This document shows, piece after piece, positions 1 to 10,731 of a stretch of 64,000 nucleotides of DNA; position 1 is the first letter of the stretch; every line of letters begins with the position of its first letter. The stretch spans positions 32,001 to 96,000 of the IMG/VR virus record IMGVR_UViG_3300027896_000001; one strand, written 5' to 3'. The notes under the pieces are model-generated. The model did no database searches and was not told where the DNA came from. It saw only the letters and a list, made by a program, of their open reading frames with translations. A program made the position numbers and the translations under genes. The stretch is from a virus.

Positions 1-309
1 AGGCATTCATGGGTCGGGGAAATAAAAGCGATATGTAAAGCCATAACCGGGGGCAATCTTAATTTTGAGCAACTGGATCAAAGTAAGAAGCCAATAAAAC
101 TTGATCTTACAAAATACGGATACGTTCCTGGAGACGATAAATGGCACAAAATAGAAATACCGCTTGCTGATTTTGGGAACGTTGATTTTGAGCATATATC
201 TTATTTTATTTCATTCGGGTCTCCTGCGAAAAATAACAATCCCGAGGATTATGTTCCCGGGTCTTCATACATGATAAGAGACGTGACGTGGGTGACAGAA
301 GATGAGTAA
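1..309 (+). CDS. Partial CDS (5' truncated), carbohydrate-binding/galactose-binding-like domain
   Basis: My translation of frame 1 is open from base 1 to TAA at 307-309 (…GDDKWHKIEIPLADFGNVDF…YMIRDVTWV). The W-x-x-I-x-IPLxDF motif is typical of CBM-like beta-sandwiches. It overlaps the start of the GH16 gene. Confidence 0.55.
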   Translation, partial: RHSWVGEIKAICKAITGGNLNFEQLDQSKKPIKLDLTKYGYVPGDDKWHKIEIPLADFGNVDFEHISYFISFGSPAKNNNPEDYVPGSSYMIRDVTWVTEDE

Positions 310-988
310 ACTTGTATGGAACGATGAGTTCAATTACAATGGATCCCTTGACCCCAAGAAATGGAGTTATGAAATAGGGCTTAATCCTTATAATGCCGAA
401 AAACAATACTATACAAATAGAAAAGAGAACATAAGAGTTGAAGATGGTGTAATGATTATTGAAGCCCTGAAACACATTAATGACTACACGTCTGCGCGCG
501 TGCATACCAAAAACAAAGGAGATTGGAAATATTGCCGCGTTGAAGTGCGCGCAAAACTTCCAAGCGGAAAAGGAACATGGCCGGCGATATGGATGCTTCC
601 TACTGATGAAATTTATGGAAAATGGCCAAACAGCGGCGAGATAGACATCGTTGAACACGTTGGATCAGATCAGGGGAATATATTCTGTTCAAATCATACT
701 GTTCATTCTTCAAGTAAGACGGCAAACATATTGGTAGACGATTGTTCAAAAGCATTCCATAATTATAGTATAGAGTGGGGTCACGACTGCATCAAAACAT
801 ATATTGATGAACAGTTGTACGGATCTTTTACCAATCCGGGGAAAGGATGGACTTACTGGCCATTTGACCAAAGGTTCCATCTTGTAATCAACCTGGCCTT
901 GGGCGGAACTCTCGGAGGAGAAATTGACAATGCAATATTTCCGCAAAAATTCGAAATAAAACATGTAAGAATATATTCATTAGATTAA
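302..988 (+). CDS. Glycoside hydrolase family 16 (laminarinase/beta-glucanase-like)
   Basis: LVWNDEF at the N-terminus, YTSAR, WPAIWML, catalytic GEIDIVE (ExDxxE) and FHLVINLALGG. Confidence 0.92.
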   Translation: MSKLVWNDEFNYNGSLDPKKWSYEIGLNPYNAEKQYYTNRKENIRVEDGVMIIEALKHINDYTSARVHTKNKGDWKYCRVEVRAKLPSGKGTWPAIWMLPTDEIYGKWPNSGEIDIVEHVGSDQGNIFCSNHTVHSSSKTANILVDDCSKAFHNYSIEWGHDCIKTYIDEQLYGSFTNPGKGWTYWPFDQRFHLVINLALGGTLGGEIDNAIFPQKFEIKHVRIYSLD

Positions 989-998
989 GGAGCTTCCA

Positions 999-1862
999 AT
1001 GGAAGAAGTATATCGTAATAACGGAGAAGCGACACGCGTTGCTGTGAATCTGGTGGATGCCAATGATTCACCTAATTATATGGACAATCCTGTTTTCAAT
1101 CCTGGATCCGTTATTCTCATGAAGCACAACGGGTCTATATGGGAATACGAGGATATATCCTCAAGTATTGAGTTTGCCGGAATACACAGAAAACAGGTAA
1201 TTGTTCCTCTCAGCGCGGGACAGTTACAGACCGACCATCCTGAATATCCGATCATTATTCAGTTTCAGGATACTGAAGCATCTATAACAACAACTCCGGC
1301 ACCAACAACAACCCCCGCACCAACAACTACTGGAACAACAACACCTGCACCAACGACAACCCCGGCACCAACAACTGGAGGGCCAACCACACAAGCTCCG
1401 ACGACAACTGGAGCCCCTTATGTGAAATTGTGGTACGATCATACCGTAAAAATATGGGTCAATGATATCCCAGCGAACCTGATGCGCATCAATAAAGTTC
1501 CGAACGCATCGGCTGAACTTACTCTTAAGAACCTGCATATCCAGGCCACTGACGGAGACGCTTTTACTCTTTATTCGAAAGAGGGAAGTTGTTTTGTGCT
1601 AAATGGTTTCAGATCGGCAATGACAATCAGGTCTCCAAGCAATGCGATTGATATTGATGCTGGAGACTGCGGTATCAGTATCATCAGCGGATCAGACGGA
1701 ATTCGTTCTAAGGAATTTAAATTCATTGAGGCTATGATAAAAAACCGTATAAGGAGAAATTTCCCTGAAGATGGTGATGTGACTGTTTATGACCGCAATA
1801 GTATTGACGTCTTGTACAGGATGCACGTTACTGAAGAAGAAAGAACAAGAATTCTCGGATAA
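999..1862 (+). CDS. Hypothetical virion-associated protein with Thr/Pro-rich linker
   Basis: 287-aa ORF with AAGGAG RBS and TTTPAP repeats. Confidence 0.7.
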   Translation: MEEVYRNNGEATRVAVNLVDANDSPNYMDNPVFNPGSVILMKHNGSIWEYEDISSSIEFAGIHRKQVIVPLSAGQLQTDHPEYPIIIQFQDTEASITTTPAPTTTPAPTTTGTTTPAPTTTPAPTTGGPTTQAPTTTGAPYVKLWYDHTVKIWVNDIPANLMRINKVPNASAELTLKNLHIQATDGDAFTLYSKEGSCFVLNGFRSAMTIRSPSNAIDIDAGDCGISIISGSDGIRSKEFKFIEAMIKNRIRRNFPEDGDVTVYDRNSIDVLYRMHVTEEERTRILG

Positions 1863-1869
1863 AAAAAAT

Positions 1870-3375
1870 ATGCCGTATAGTATAAGTTTTGATAATAACA
1901 GCGGATGGTATTTGCCTAATCCAAGAACTCCATCGGATTACGCTTCTATGGCGGCTATACCTTATTCAGGGAATGGCTTTTATACTTTAGATGGTTCTGA
2001 TGTTGCTAATGGGGATTTAACAGCTCTTAAAGGGGGGCCTCCTGCTAAAGGCGACGTATGGTTTCCATCAAATTGGCCGGCATTTTTTGCCGGCATTGAC
2101 GCTGGAGAGTTTGCAACAGTTCAAGAAGCTCTCGATTCTATATTTTTTGGTCCTAGCCATTCTTGGTATGTTTATTATGGAGTCGCTCTTAATACTTCCA
2201 ATGATACAGTGGATAATGGATTTGCAACTATAAAAGGATCCCCATTATCAGCTGGAGATGTTTTCCAGATCAGTTCATATACTCCAGAAGCGCCATGGGA
2301 TATGGATGCAATGGAGTATTCCGGAAAATCCTTTTATCATGGCATGCAGGGTTTCGGATTGTATATCAGTCCTGACGGACTGCATATGTATGTTTTCAAC
2401 AATAGCGGACCTCAACTTCGTCAATATTCTTTAGGCACAGCTTTTGATTTATCTACTGTAACTTATACTGGAAAAACGCTTTCCTGGACGCATGGATCCG
2501 GACCAAGAAATATTTTCTTTTCGACTGACGGAACAAAGATGTACGCGTCTGAGGGAAGCGCGGGCGGTCCGGTTTATCAATATAGTCTCAGCACTCCTTG
2601 GGACATAACCACGGCAACAGATTCATGTTCGTATTCTCCTGCACAAATTTTAGTGTGGTTATATGGATTGACTTTTTCAAATGATGGAACAAAAATGTAT
2701 TGTTGCGATACTGATTATGGAACCAGTACGCCAATTGTTTATGAATATTCGCTTTCAGTTGCCTGGGATTTATCTTCAACAGTAACTTATTTGGGAAAAA
2801 GCCTTAATCTTAGCGGACAATGCGCGCAAGTATACGGGATCTGTATTTCTACCGACGGAACAAAGTTTTATGCAGGCGGTAATGATAATACGATTTTCGA
2901 ATACGTTCTTGGAACACCATTTGATTTAAGTACCGGAGCTTATACCGGAAAATCATGTAGTCTTGGCGCTTCAGGAAGCGTAAAATCGTTTGGCGTGGTC
3001 ATGTCAAATGATGGCGTTCGTATGTATTCGAACTGTGCTGATAGCAAGAATGTTTTTGAATATTCAGTAGAAGAAACGACTACAACAACTACTGCCGGCC
3101 CGACTACAACGTCTGGACCAACAACGACTCCTGGGCCAACAACGACTCCTGGGCCAACATCAACCACAACTCCCGGACCTACGCCACCGGTGGAACTTCC
3201 AGTAATGGAAACATTAGCTTTATATGGATATAAAAGTCCTATAGAAATGCTTGCACTTGCTACTTATGGATGGATGCAGGAAGCCGAACCTGAACCTCCT
3301 ACCGGAGCTGCATTTCTGTATATTTATGACGGGGTGATTAAGACAAATCAACTTATAGATTTGATATTGGCATAA
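1870..3375 (+). CDS. Beta-propeller-like repeat protein with Thr/Pro linker (probable virion appendage)
   Basis: Four repeats of the type 'FSxDGTKMY…YSLxTPWDLST' and TTTPGP repeats. The start is more likely ATG 1870 (MPYSISF) than 1789, which overlaps the upstream gene. Confidence 0.65.
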   Translation: MPYSISFDNNSGWYLPNPRTPSDYASMAAIPYSGNGFYTLDGSDVANGDLTALKGGPPAKGDVWFPSNWPAFFAGIDAGEFATVQEALDSIFFGPSHSWYVYYGVALNTSNDTVDNGFATIKGSPLSAGDVFQISSYTPEAPWDMDAMEYSGKSFYHGMQGFGLYISPDGLHMYVFNNSGPQLRQYSLGTAFDLSTVTYTGKTLSWTHGSGPRNIFFSTDGTKMYASEGSAGGPVYQYSLSTPWDITTATDSCSYSPAQILVWLYGLTFSNDGTKMYCCDTDYGTSTPIVYEYSLSVAWDLSSTVTYLGKSLNLSGQCAQVYGICISTDGTKFYAGGNDNTIFEYVLGTPFDLSTGAYTGKSCSLGASGSVKSFGVVMSNDGVRMYSNCADSKNVFEYSVEETTTTTTAGPTTTSGPTTTPGPTTTPGPTSTTTPGPTPPVELPVMETLALYGYKSPIEMLALATYGWMQEAEPEPPTGAAFLYIYDGVIKTNQLIDLILA

Positions 3376-3386
3376 TAAGGAATTAT

Positions 3387-3905
3387 ATGAAAATTTTTAT
3401 CCCATATTCCAAGGACAGGCCGATCAAACCGGAAGTTCTGTCTTCTATACCATCTCCTTACGATGTAGTAAAAATTAACTGCACTTTTGACAAAAGCATT
3501 ATAAAACCTCAACGGATAATAATGGCGGAGAAAAAGTTTAAAGAAATCGCTTTAAGAGAAGAATATGATTTTTATATATACTTGCAAAGCGATATTGTTT
3601 TTTTAAGAAAAGAAAGTCTTTTAATGATGGAGTTATTTTTAAAAACTCATACCGATTTTGGGGCTGTGGCATTATCTAGAGTAAACATAATAAAAGGCGA
3701 CATAATTTATGATAATGATAAAAAAAATTACATTGTTAGCGGGTGTACGATGTTTACAAGGCATGGACTTGAAAAAGTTAAATTTGAATATCCTGATAAT
3801 AAGAAAAGACCGTCGGCAGCAGCTATTTCAATTTCTCTTTTTGAGGCTGGGTTAAAATACGGATACGTGGGAAGAGCAGCCGTAATAAGACATATTAGAG
3901 GATAA
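3387..3905 (+). CDS. Putative GT-A-fold glycosyltransferase-like protein
   Basis: MKIFIPY beta-start, YIYLQSDIV (degenerate DxD position), FGAVAL and SGCTMFTRHGLEKV resemble GT2-like segments. Confidence 0.45.
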   Translation: MKIFIPYSKDRPIKPEVLSSIPSPYDVVKINCTFDKSIIKPQRIIMAEKKFKEIALREEYDFYIYLQSDIVFLRKESLLMMELFLKTHTDFGAVALSRVNIIKGDIIYDNDKKNYIVSGCTMFTRHGLEKVKFEYPDNKKRPSAAAISISLFEAGLKYGYVGRAAVIRHIRG

Positions 3906-3906
3906 A

Positions 3907-6900
3907 ATGGCAACTGATATTTTTTATGACATATCGCTTGATGGTCATGGCGACGGAAGTGAAGAAGATCCTTTCACTTGGGACGATGCCATGGATAATG
4001 AGAACGAATACGGATGGATAAATCCGTGGGGTGATACTAATTTTTATATTCGTGGAATCAGACATCTTTCTTCAGGTGATATTCATATTTGTGAGTCATG
4101 CGCGGCTTCCTGCCGTTTGTTGCCATGGGACCTTGAACAATACGGACCATGGAGAATCGGGATAGACTCAGGATCAATAACAATATTTGGTTATGAAACG
4201 CCAGGTTATGAATTGAATGGAGCTGTTCTAAAAGCAACGACAGTAACTATTGACAGTCCATATTATAGTCTTCCTGTTTATCGTACTATTGTAATGGCAG
4301 ACACCATATATCTGAACATTAATTATTACAGTCCAGATTCGTATGTCAATTATATATCCGGATCTTCTTTTATAGCCTCTAATCATATTGGTTTTGATGG
4401 CGCCCCTGATCCTTATACAAGCCGTTTTATGGATTGTATTTTTGAATTTTCTACCGCCTCTATATCATCTTCAAGTTATGTTGACTTTTTTTCATGTGTA
4501 ATGCCTGCCGGCTTGGGCGGCGGTCATCCATCGTTTTCAAATTGTCAAACAGACTGGACTTCGACTGAATGGCCTGAATGGAACGATACGAATTTAGCTC
4601 ATTGGGCACAGAGTCTTCTGTCTGTTGGCATTTCAACTCCTCCTCAACCGGGAACTCCTCCATATTCCAATTATGCAACTGGAATGGCTGGAGAAGCCAG
4701 GACCGGAATCGGATTTCTGTATTTTGACACTCCGACAACAACAACACCAGCTCCGGAATTATATCATATAGAAATACATCATTCTGAGACAAACAGGCCG
4801 TCATCCGACCTTGTGGCGTCCAATGTTTTTGATACCACGTTTGAATCTGAGGCTGTCAATCAACTTCCAAGCGAAATGCTGGCTAAAGATTTTAATATCA
4901 GTGAGTTTATTTACAGCAATTATCAAATCAATAATGAGGGGTCGGGGGAAACATTCTGGCTTGATAATAGCGTTGTTTATGGAATGAAAGGTTTGAGAAG
5001 GTATGGAATCGGTTATTTCTATTTCTATATTGCTGTTCCCAATCCTGATGTGGTAGAGCCTGTTGAAAGCCAGGATTATACTGAAGAACTCCCAACCGAG
5101 ATTAAGTTCTGGGATTGGCTTACGACATTCTGGGATTTTCTTACCGATAAAGATCGCGAGATGTTCGAGAATTACTGGCTGGGAATGAAACTGTGCGGAG
5201 ATTCTCTGCTGAAAAAAGCCAACAGGATGATGAGCGCGTCAGGCCCCGAGAGTTCAACTGAGCATTTATACGAGGATTATTATGAACTTCTCGTGAGCCC
5301 GCTTGTTTCCAAACCGATAAATCTCGATCCTACGAATCAAGGAGAGAACTTCATCATTCGTCCGATATCAAAACTGCTTATTGAGCCGGAATACGGTGAG
5401 GACATGAAGCCTGTATATCATGACATGATAGAAATATCAGCCACGGATTATTACAAAATCAGGTCAATTGGACTTGGCTGTTATGTCGTTCTTCGGGTCA
5501 ATAACCAGGACGTTCCTGACCAGTTCTTTAAAATATACAACCTCATGTCGTCCGAAGAATCGCAATCAAGCGGAAGATATTATCCTCCGGCCGGAAATAT
5601 ATGGCAGATAGACCATTATGTTCCCGACAAAACAAAGTTTAAATACATGATAGTTATTGAAGGAGACCTGTCATATATCGATGATAATTCTTTTATATTT
5701 TATCTCACTACAGGGCGCGCGTACGATGTTGATGCGTGGGTTGTTTCCCTTCCTGTTCTTCATACCCATATTTCAACAGGTTTCCCCATTGAGTTCAAGA
5801 ACGGCAGGGATTACGACCTGAAAGAACACATAGTAGAGTTTAATCACAACATTTTTGAATCCAAAGAAGTAAGCGTCGCTGACATTCTGTATTGCGCCAA
5901 AACCCCGATTATAGAACATTACCTTTACGATATGTTCGGGAAAATAGTAGGCATACCGGATTGGCTGGCCTATAACCACAACAACATCTCAGGTAAAGCT
6001 GCGATTAATGCCGCGCTTCTTTCTCTTCAGAACATCAGCACCGTGACTGATTACTGCAGGGCGTTGAATGTGTTTTACGGGCTTCCGGTGGCGCCAAGGA
6101 ACAGCAAGGTGATCGGGCTTTACGAATCATACGCTTATGAGATTACTGATATTTCTGAAGACCATAACACGATAACCATTTCACTGCCGGCCGGGTCAAG
6201 CCTTCATCCATTCGTTCAGCCGGGCGGACGGTTCATGTGTGAGGGAAAGAAGGATGTCATCATAGACGGGGTTTTGGATCGTGATCTTGGAACAGTGAAA
6301 TTGCGGGACGGGTCTGAACTATCCGTTGGTGATTCGCTGTTTATAAAATTGAGAAATAAATTTATATTGAAAGACGCTGTTGCAGAGACTCTTGAAGACG
6401 CGTCCTATGTTATAATTTACAGTCCAGAGGGGCACGAAGCCATTCAGCATCTTGTAGACTACATAAACACCACATCTGGAGGAAAGAGATATCCGGAGAT
6501 GCTCATTTACGGAACCGAGAAATTGGCACACAATATAAACGGCATTTATCATATAACTAAATCGGAACCGTTGCCGGGTTCAGCTCAAATAGTAAAATTG
6601 ACATTGTATAAAAAGGCTGTATCAGAAGAGCCGTTGTATAATGATTTTATCGGTTACAATCTTTTTGAAGACACGGCTGGAAACAAACATGGTGTTGTGC
6701 ATATTCCCTGGCCGACCCACAAGTTCTTGTATCTGCTCATGGAGGGGAATGAATATTTCAAGGCGTATTTGGACTCTCCTATTGACACCGTTTTTGATGA
6801 AGAAGACTCCGTAATCAAGTATCAGGTTCTTGCCAGAAACGTGTCTGTTTTCACAAAAAACATGTTTCCAAACTGGGATCAGTTCGATCATTTCAAGAGA

Positions 6901-7005
6901 TATAATGGCCTGAGTCTTGAGTCTGATGTGCTTGAGGTTACGAAGTCGCTTCCAGGGGCTTTATACGGAAATTATTTCCCAAGTGGTTATATCGAGACAA
7001 AATAA
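3907..7005 (+). CDS. Large structural protein (N-terminal beta-helix-like region, TTTTPAP linker; possibly baseplate-associated)
   Basis: 1032-aa ORF in the structural cluster. GDGSEEDPF at the N-terminus resembles starts of beta-helix proteins. Function is inferred from context only. Confidence 0.55.
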   Translation: MATDIFYDISLDGHGDGSEEDPFTWDDAMDNENEYGWINPWGDTNFYIRGIRHLSSGDIHICESCAASCRLLPWDLEQYGPWRIGIDSGSITIFGYETPGYELNGAVLKATTVTIDSPYYSLPVYRTIVMADTIYLNINYYSPDSYVNYISGSSFIASNHIGFDGAPDPYTSRFMDCIFEFSTASISSSSYVDFFSCVMPAGLGGGHPSFSNCQTDWTSTEWPEWNDTNLAHWAQSLLSVGISTPPQPGTPPYSNYATGMAGEARTGIGFLYFDTPTTTTPAPELYHIEIHHSETNRPSSDLVASNVFDTTFESEAVNQLPSEMLAKDFNISEFIYSNYQINNEGSGETFWLDNSVVYGMKGLRRYGIGYFYFYIAVPNPDVVEPVESQDYTEELPTEIKFWDWLTTFWDFLTDKDREMFENYWLGMKLCGDSLLKKANRMMSASGPESSTEHLYEDYYELLVSPLVSKPINLDPTNQGENFIIRPISKLLIEPEYGEDMKPVYHDMIEISATDYYKIRSIGLGCYVVLRVNNQDVPDQFFKIYNLMSSEESQSSGRYYPPAGNIWQIDHYVPDKTKFKYMIVIEGDLSYIDDNSFIFYLTTGRAYDVDAWVVSLPVLHTHISTGFPIEFKNGRDYDLKEHIVEFNHNIFESKEVSVADILYCAKTPIIEHYLYDMFGKIVGIPDWLAYNHNNISGKAAINAALLSLQNISTVTDYCRALNVFYGLPVAPRNSKVIGLYESYAYEITDISEDHNTITISLPAGSSLHPFVQPGGRFMCEGKKDVIIDGVLDRDLGTVKLRDGSELSVGDSLFIKLRNKFILKDAVAETLEDASYVIIYSPEGHEAIQHLVDYINTTSGGKRYPEMLIYGTEKLAHNINGIYHITKSEPLPGSAQIVKLTLYKKAVSEEPLYNDFIGYNLFEDTAGNKHGVVHIPWPTHKFLYLLMEGNEYFKAYLDSPIDTVFDEEDSVIKYQVLARNVSVFTKNMFPNWDQFDHFKRYNGLSLESDVLEVTKSLPGALYGNYFPSGYIETK

Positions 7006-7041
7006 CTATATTTATAGTATAATAATCGTGAAAGGCCGTTC

Positions 7042-7470
7042 ATGAAAACAAAACCAGAGATACGCAAAAAAATGCTGGAAGTTCTTAAAGACGCTATAAC
7101 GGTCGGTCATGACATTTATGTTCCCGAAAAAATAATAAGGTTTTACGATAATGAGCATCACTGTCTTTGCGAACTTGGTTATAATTCATTGGAACAGAGG
7201 GTTGAGGGTGAAAAAGTATCATACTTATTTTTGGCTTCGGATAACGGATACGTCCTTCGTGGAACCACAATAGCGGCCGGCCGAGTATTAACTTTAGAAA
7301 TTCAAGGAGCAGTTGCTGGAATAAACGAACTTGATGACTCTTTAATAATAGGCACTGTTGGCAATATCATTTCGAAATCTTCCGATCTTAAATTCAATAT
7401 GACCGATTGGCCTAATGAGGCCAATATTACAGTCACAAGAATGGCTATTGTTCTGCCGCAAGGCACCTAA
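7042..7470 (+). CDS. Hypothetical protein (structural module)
   Basis: 142-aa ORF co-oriented with its neighbours. Confidence 0.65.
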   Translation: MKTKPEIRKKMLEVLKDAITVGHDIYVPEKIIRFYDNEHHCLCELGYNSLEQRVEGEKVSYLFLASDNGYVLRGTTIAAGRVLTLEIQGAVAGINELDDSLIIGTVGNIISKSSDLKFNMTDWPNEANITVTRMAIVLPQGT

Positions 7471-7484
7471 AAACGGAGTAGTTT

Positions 7485-8912
7485 ATGCAAACCTCGGTAT
7501 GGCGTGAAATCCTCGATGATTCTATTTCTGGAGATAAAATACACGGTGGCGTTATTGATTATCTTGACAGCCTCGATACTGAGATTCTTCATGTTCCATC
7601 TCAGACAAATCATCAGCGAACAGGCACCGGAACAATAGATGGAGCTGGTTTTTCAATTGGATTTTTACAAAAAATAGGATTTATAGGAGCGCATGATTTC
7701 GTTGCTCAAGGTAATCCCGGTCCGTCTGCAAATTTTATTGTAAATAATACTTCAGGTCTTCCTGTAGCAAAACTTTCAAGCATAGGCAACGCAAGTATTC
7801 TTGAGCTTTTTGATGAAAGTGGTTCTGTTTCAAAAGCAAAATTAACCGGCGCTTCTAATGGAATAAATTATTTAATAAATAGATTGGTTATAGGACAAAC
7901 TACTCCTTTATATCCTGCTGTGTATGGTGCAACCCTTCTTGACGTGGCTGTTGGGATTTATTCTCCAGCTCTTTTATCTGAAGATACAAAATTTCGTCAT
8001 CCATCCTCGTCGGCAGTTGTAAGTTGTCGCGCGTGGTATGCTCAATATTTAGGTTATAAAATTTATTTGGATACTATTGCTGCTCTTGGAATACAAGATG
8101 TTCCGGCAGAAGCGTTTGATTCTCTTTCCAATATGGGAACTGATATTTCGATATCTCATGAGCAATGGGAATTGCTCGGTTTGCTTGATCAAGATGTAAG
8201 TAATGGAGCAGACGTTGCTTTTGGAAGAATAGATTGTAATGAAATGCATGCCACAAGCATATGCTCTGCATATCAGTTTGGAGTTTCCGGAACTGGATGC
8301 TGGATACATTCTAATGAGGATATAACTGCTGACGGTGACATATCGGCAGTTGGCGATGTTAATGGTGATACAGTACATGGTAATTTATTGACAACAGTTA
8401 ATGGAATGAAAGAGCACGGACGAAGCGTCGCGGCCGGTTATTGGGAAGAAACTTATGACATTACTCAACTTAACACTAGCGATTTTTGTTTTAATTTTTA
8501 TACCAATAATACACCATTGGCATTTGAGGATGCAAGCAGAGTCAGTGGAGGATATGCAAAATATACAATAATTGGAAATACTGTTCATCTTTCATTAATG
8601 GTTGATTGTAACAGGGCTGCCGGAGCATGGAACAGGGTTGTAATAAATTTTGGAAGTTCAGCTGCAGGGGTAAAATTAAAACCACTTGAAATTGCATTTG
8701 CTCTTAGTTTTTTTGAAGGATCTGTTCGTTGGAGAAACCCGACTGCATACCTATACGGTGACGGAGTAGCCAGCGTGCCTTGTGAGGTGTGGATCAGAGA
8801 TCAATCAATATGGATTCGTAGATGCGATAATGGTAATTTTACTATAGGCCTTCCTGGAGGCGGATTCAATAATTCATTTAGTCTTTCGTTGACATATCAA
8901 AAAAATCCTTAA
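7485..8912 (+). CDS. Putative tail fibre-like protein
   Basis: Gly-rich beta repeats (ITADGDISAVGDVNG) and a C-terminal 'YAKYTIIGNTVHL…SFSLSLTY' region like fibre tip domains. Confidence 0.5.
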   Translation: MQTSVWREILDDSISGDKIHGGVIDYLDSLDTEILHVPSQTNHQRTGTGTIDGAGFSIGFLQKIGFIGAHDFVAQGNPGPSANFIVNNTSGLPVAKLSSIGNASILELFDESGSVSKAKLTGASNGINYLINRLVIGQTTPLYPAVYGATLLDVAVGIYSPALLSEDTKFRHPSSSAVVSCRAWYAQYLGYKIYLDTIAALGIQDVPAEAFDSLSNMGTDISISHEQWELLGLLDQDVSNGADVAFGRIDCNEMHATSICSAYQFGVSGTGCWIHSNEDITADGDISAVGDVNGDTVHGNLLTTVNGMKEHGRSVAAGYWEETYDITQLNTSDFCFNFYTNNTPLAFEDASRVSGGYAKYTIIGNTVHLSLMVDCNRAAGAWNRVVINFGSSAAGVKLKPLEIAFALSFFEGSVRWRNPTAYLYGDGVASVPCEVWIRDQSIWIRRCDNGNFTIGLPGGGFNNSFSLSLTYQKNP

Positions 8913-8928
8913 CTTAATAAGGTGAACT

Positions 8929-9489
8929 ATGAAAACACCGCAAGTGATTAATCTGAATGAGGACAAAGTTCTTTGTTTTGACGGCGATAACGTCATCGAT
9001 GACACCGATCAGTTGCCGCTTGGCAAGTCGCATCAAAAGACATCGATTTCGGTTCAGCTCGATGCATGGGACTTGATGTCCAATTCACACGTTGGCCCAA
9101 TAACCGAAGCAATGCTGGAATATCATAGTGAAATAGACTGCTGGACAATGGATGTCAGCACTATATTTGGATTCGCGACTGATCGCCATAAATATGTCAT
9201 GATGATCTCCGCAACCGACGACTCCAACATGAGAGATTTTAAAGTTAATGAATTCTGCATAGACAACGACTCTTTCGAGGCGACACTGATGCGTCTGCCT
9301 TATCAAATAGAAATCGGTGGTGGAGAAGCGTGGATGAGATGGTATGCCACTACTGGTGATTTTGGCAATCCGTCACTTGCGCTCTATGAAGCTAAAGCAT
9401 TTGAAGGCGGAGTTGGAATAACCTACGCGACAGACGTGTCAAGAGTTACTCATAGAGGACCGATTGTCTCAACGAATCAGCCTCAATAA
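8929..9489 (+). CDS. Hypothetical protein
   Basis: 186-aa ORF with AAGGTG RBS. Confidence 0.65.
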   Translation: MKTPQVINLNEDKVLCFDGDNVIDDTDQLPLGKSHQKTSISVQLDAWDLMSNSHVGPITEAMLEYHSEIDCWTMDVSTIFGFATDRHKYVMMISATDDSNMRDFKVNEFCIDNDSFEATLMRLPYQIEIGGGEAWMRWYATTGDFGNPSLALYEAKAFEGGVGITYATDVSRVTHRGPIVSTNQPQ

Positions 9490-9501
9490 TTTAAGGAAAT
9501 C

Positions 9502-10731
9502 ATGCCGGCAATAAGAGCAAACAGTTTCGCCAATCCAATAGGCGATATGGCGGCCTTTGATCATGGGATAAAGGCCGTTGCTTCATCTATTACGTTTTCT
9601 GTCGGAACGCAGGCAGGGACGGAAGAGGGATATTTAAGAAAAAACGTCGCTGGAGATTCCGTTGCCGCTATTGTTACAAACGGCATTCTTGAATTCAGTT
9701 TTCCTCAGACTCATCCATTAATCGGAATAGGAGACCAGGTTCAAACATCGGAAGGCAATTATTATCTGAACAGAAAAATATCTCCGTCAGTATGGGAAGT
9801 ACGGGTTCCAACTGGTGTTCCTGATAGCGCGCCTGTTGAAGCGCTGGTCACTACAATAGATAAAATGTATCCAAGTCTTGCCGCGGCAATGGACCCTGGC
9901 ACCGGAATACTCAATCTTCTTGGAACGTCTGATTTAAAAGCGCTTCGAATGGCTTTACGCATTGCTCTTTATGAAATGACAGAAACAATTTCTTCTCCTA
10001 TAGAAGTGAGTTCCGACTGGGTCACTGATGAAGAACACAATGTCAATATTTTCACTCCTTATGATATAAGAACAGAATGCAATTCCAGACAACGCCATTG
10101 GGGAGTGAAAGGGTCTGGATACAAACTCATTGTTACCAATCCCAGCATGGGAATGATTATAGCGGAACCGTACTGCAGGATCGAGGGCCTTCATATTGAT
10201 GGCGGAAACGGCCATGATAATGTTCTTATTTATCACGGATCGGATGGCCTGTTTAAAACAAAAATTCTTAATAATATCCTGAGTTATGGCAAGACCGGGG
10301 TTTTTGCAGATGAAGAACCGGCGGGAAATCAGGTTGTTGCCGGAAACATTATATATGGAATGTATCAGGCAGGAATTGAAGCTACGCATCGTCGTTTTAA
10401 TATTTATAATAATACGATTGTAAAATGCAATTACGGAATTACCATATCTGGAAACGGCACGCCTTATGTTAAAAACAACCTGGTTCAAGAATGCTCTGTG
10501 GATATAAATGTTTCTGACGAATCAAGTCCTTCATCAAGTGAGAGTCCGTCATCGAGCGAAAGTCCATCGGCAAGCGAGAGTCCGTCTGAGAGCGAAAGTC
10601 CATCATCTAGTGAGAGTCCGTCATCGAGTGAGTCGGAGAGCCCAAGTCCGTCAGCAAGCGAATCATCAACCCCAAGTGCGACTACAACACCGGCACCAAC
10701 CACACCAGCACCAACTACACCGGCACCATAA
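9502..10731 (+). CDS. Right-handed beta-helix module protein ending in SESP/TTPAP low-complexity tail
   Basis: NNI/GNII/NNTI beta-helix rungs. It shares the 'TPxD…ECxxRQRHxG' module with the next ORF. Confidence 0.7.
   Translation: MPAIRANSFANPIGDMAAFDHGIKAVASSITFSVGTQAGTEEGYLRKNVAGDSVAAIVTNGILEFSFPQTHPLIGIGDQVQTSEGNYYLNRKISPSVWEVRVPTGVPDSAPVEALVTTIDKMYPSLAAAMDPGTGILNLLGTSDLKALRMALRIALYEMTETISSPIEVSSDWVTDEEHNVNIFTPYDIRTECNSRQRHWGVKGSGYKLIVTNPSMGMIIAEPYCRIEGLHIDGGNGHDNVLIYHGSDGLFKTKILNNILSYGKTGVFADEEPAGNQVVAGNIIYGMYQAGIEATHRRFNIYNNTIVKCNYGITISGNGTPYVKNNLVQECSVDINVSDESSPSSSESPSSSESPSASESPSESESPSSSESPSSSESESPSPSASESSTPSATTTPAPTTPAPTTPAP
10521..10728 (+). repeat. Coding low-complexity repeats (SSSESP)n then (TTPAP)n
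   Basis: Visible in both the DNA (gagagtccgtc… units) and the protein. Confidence 0.85.
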
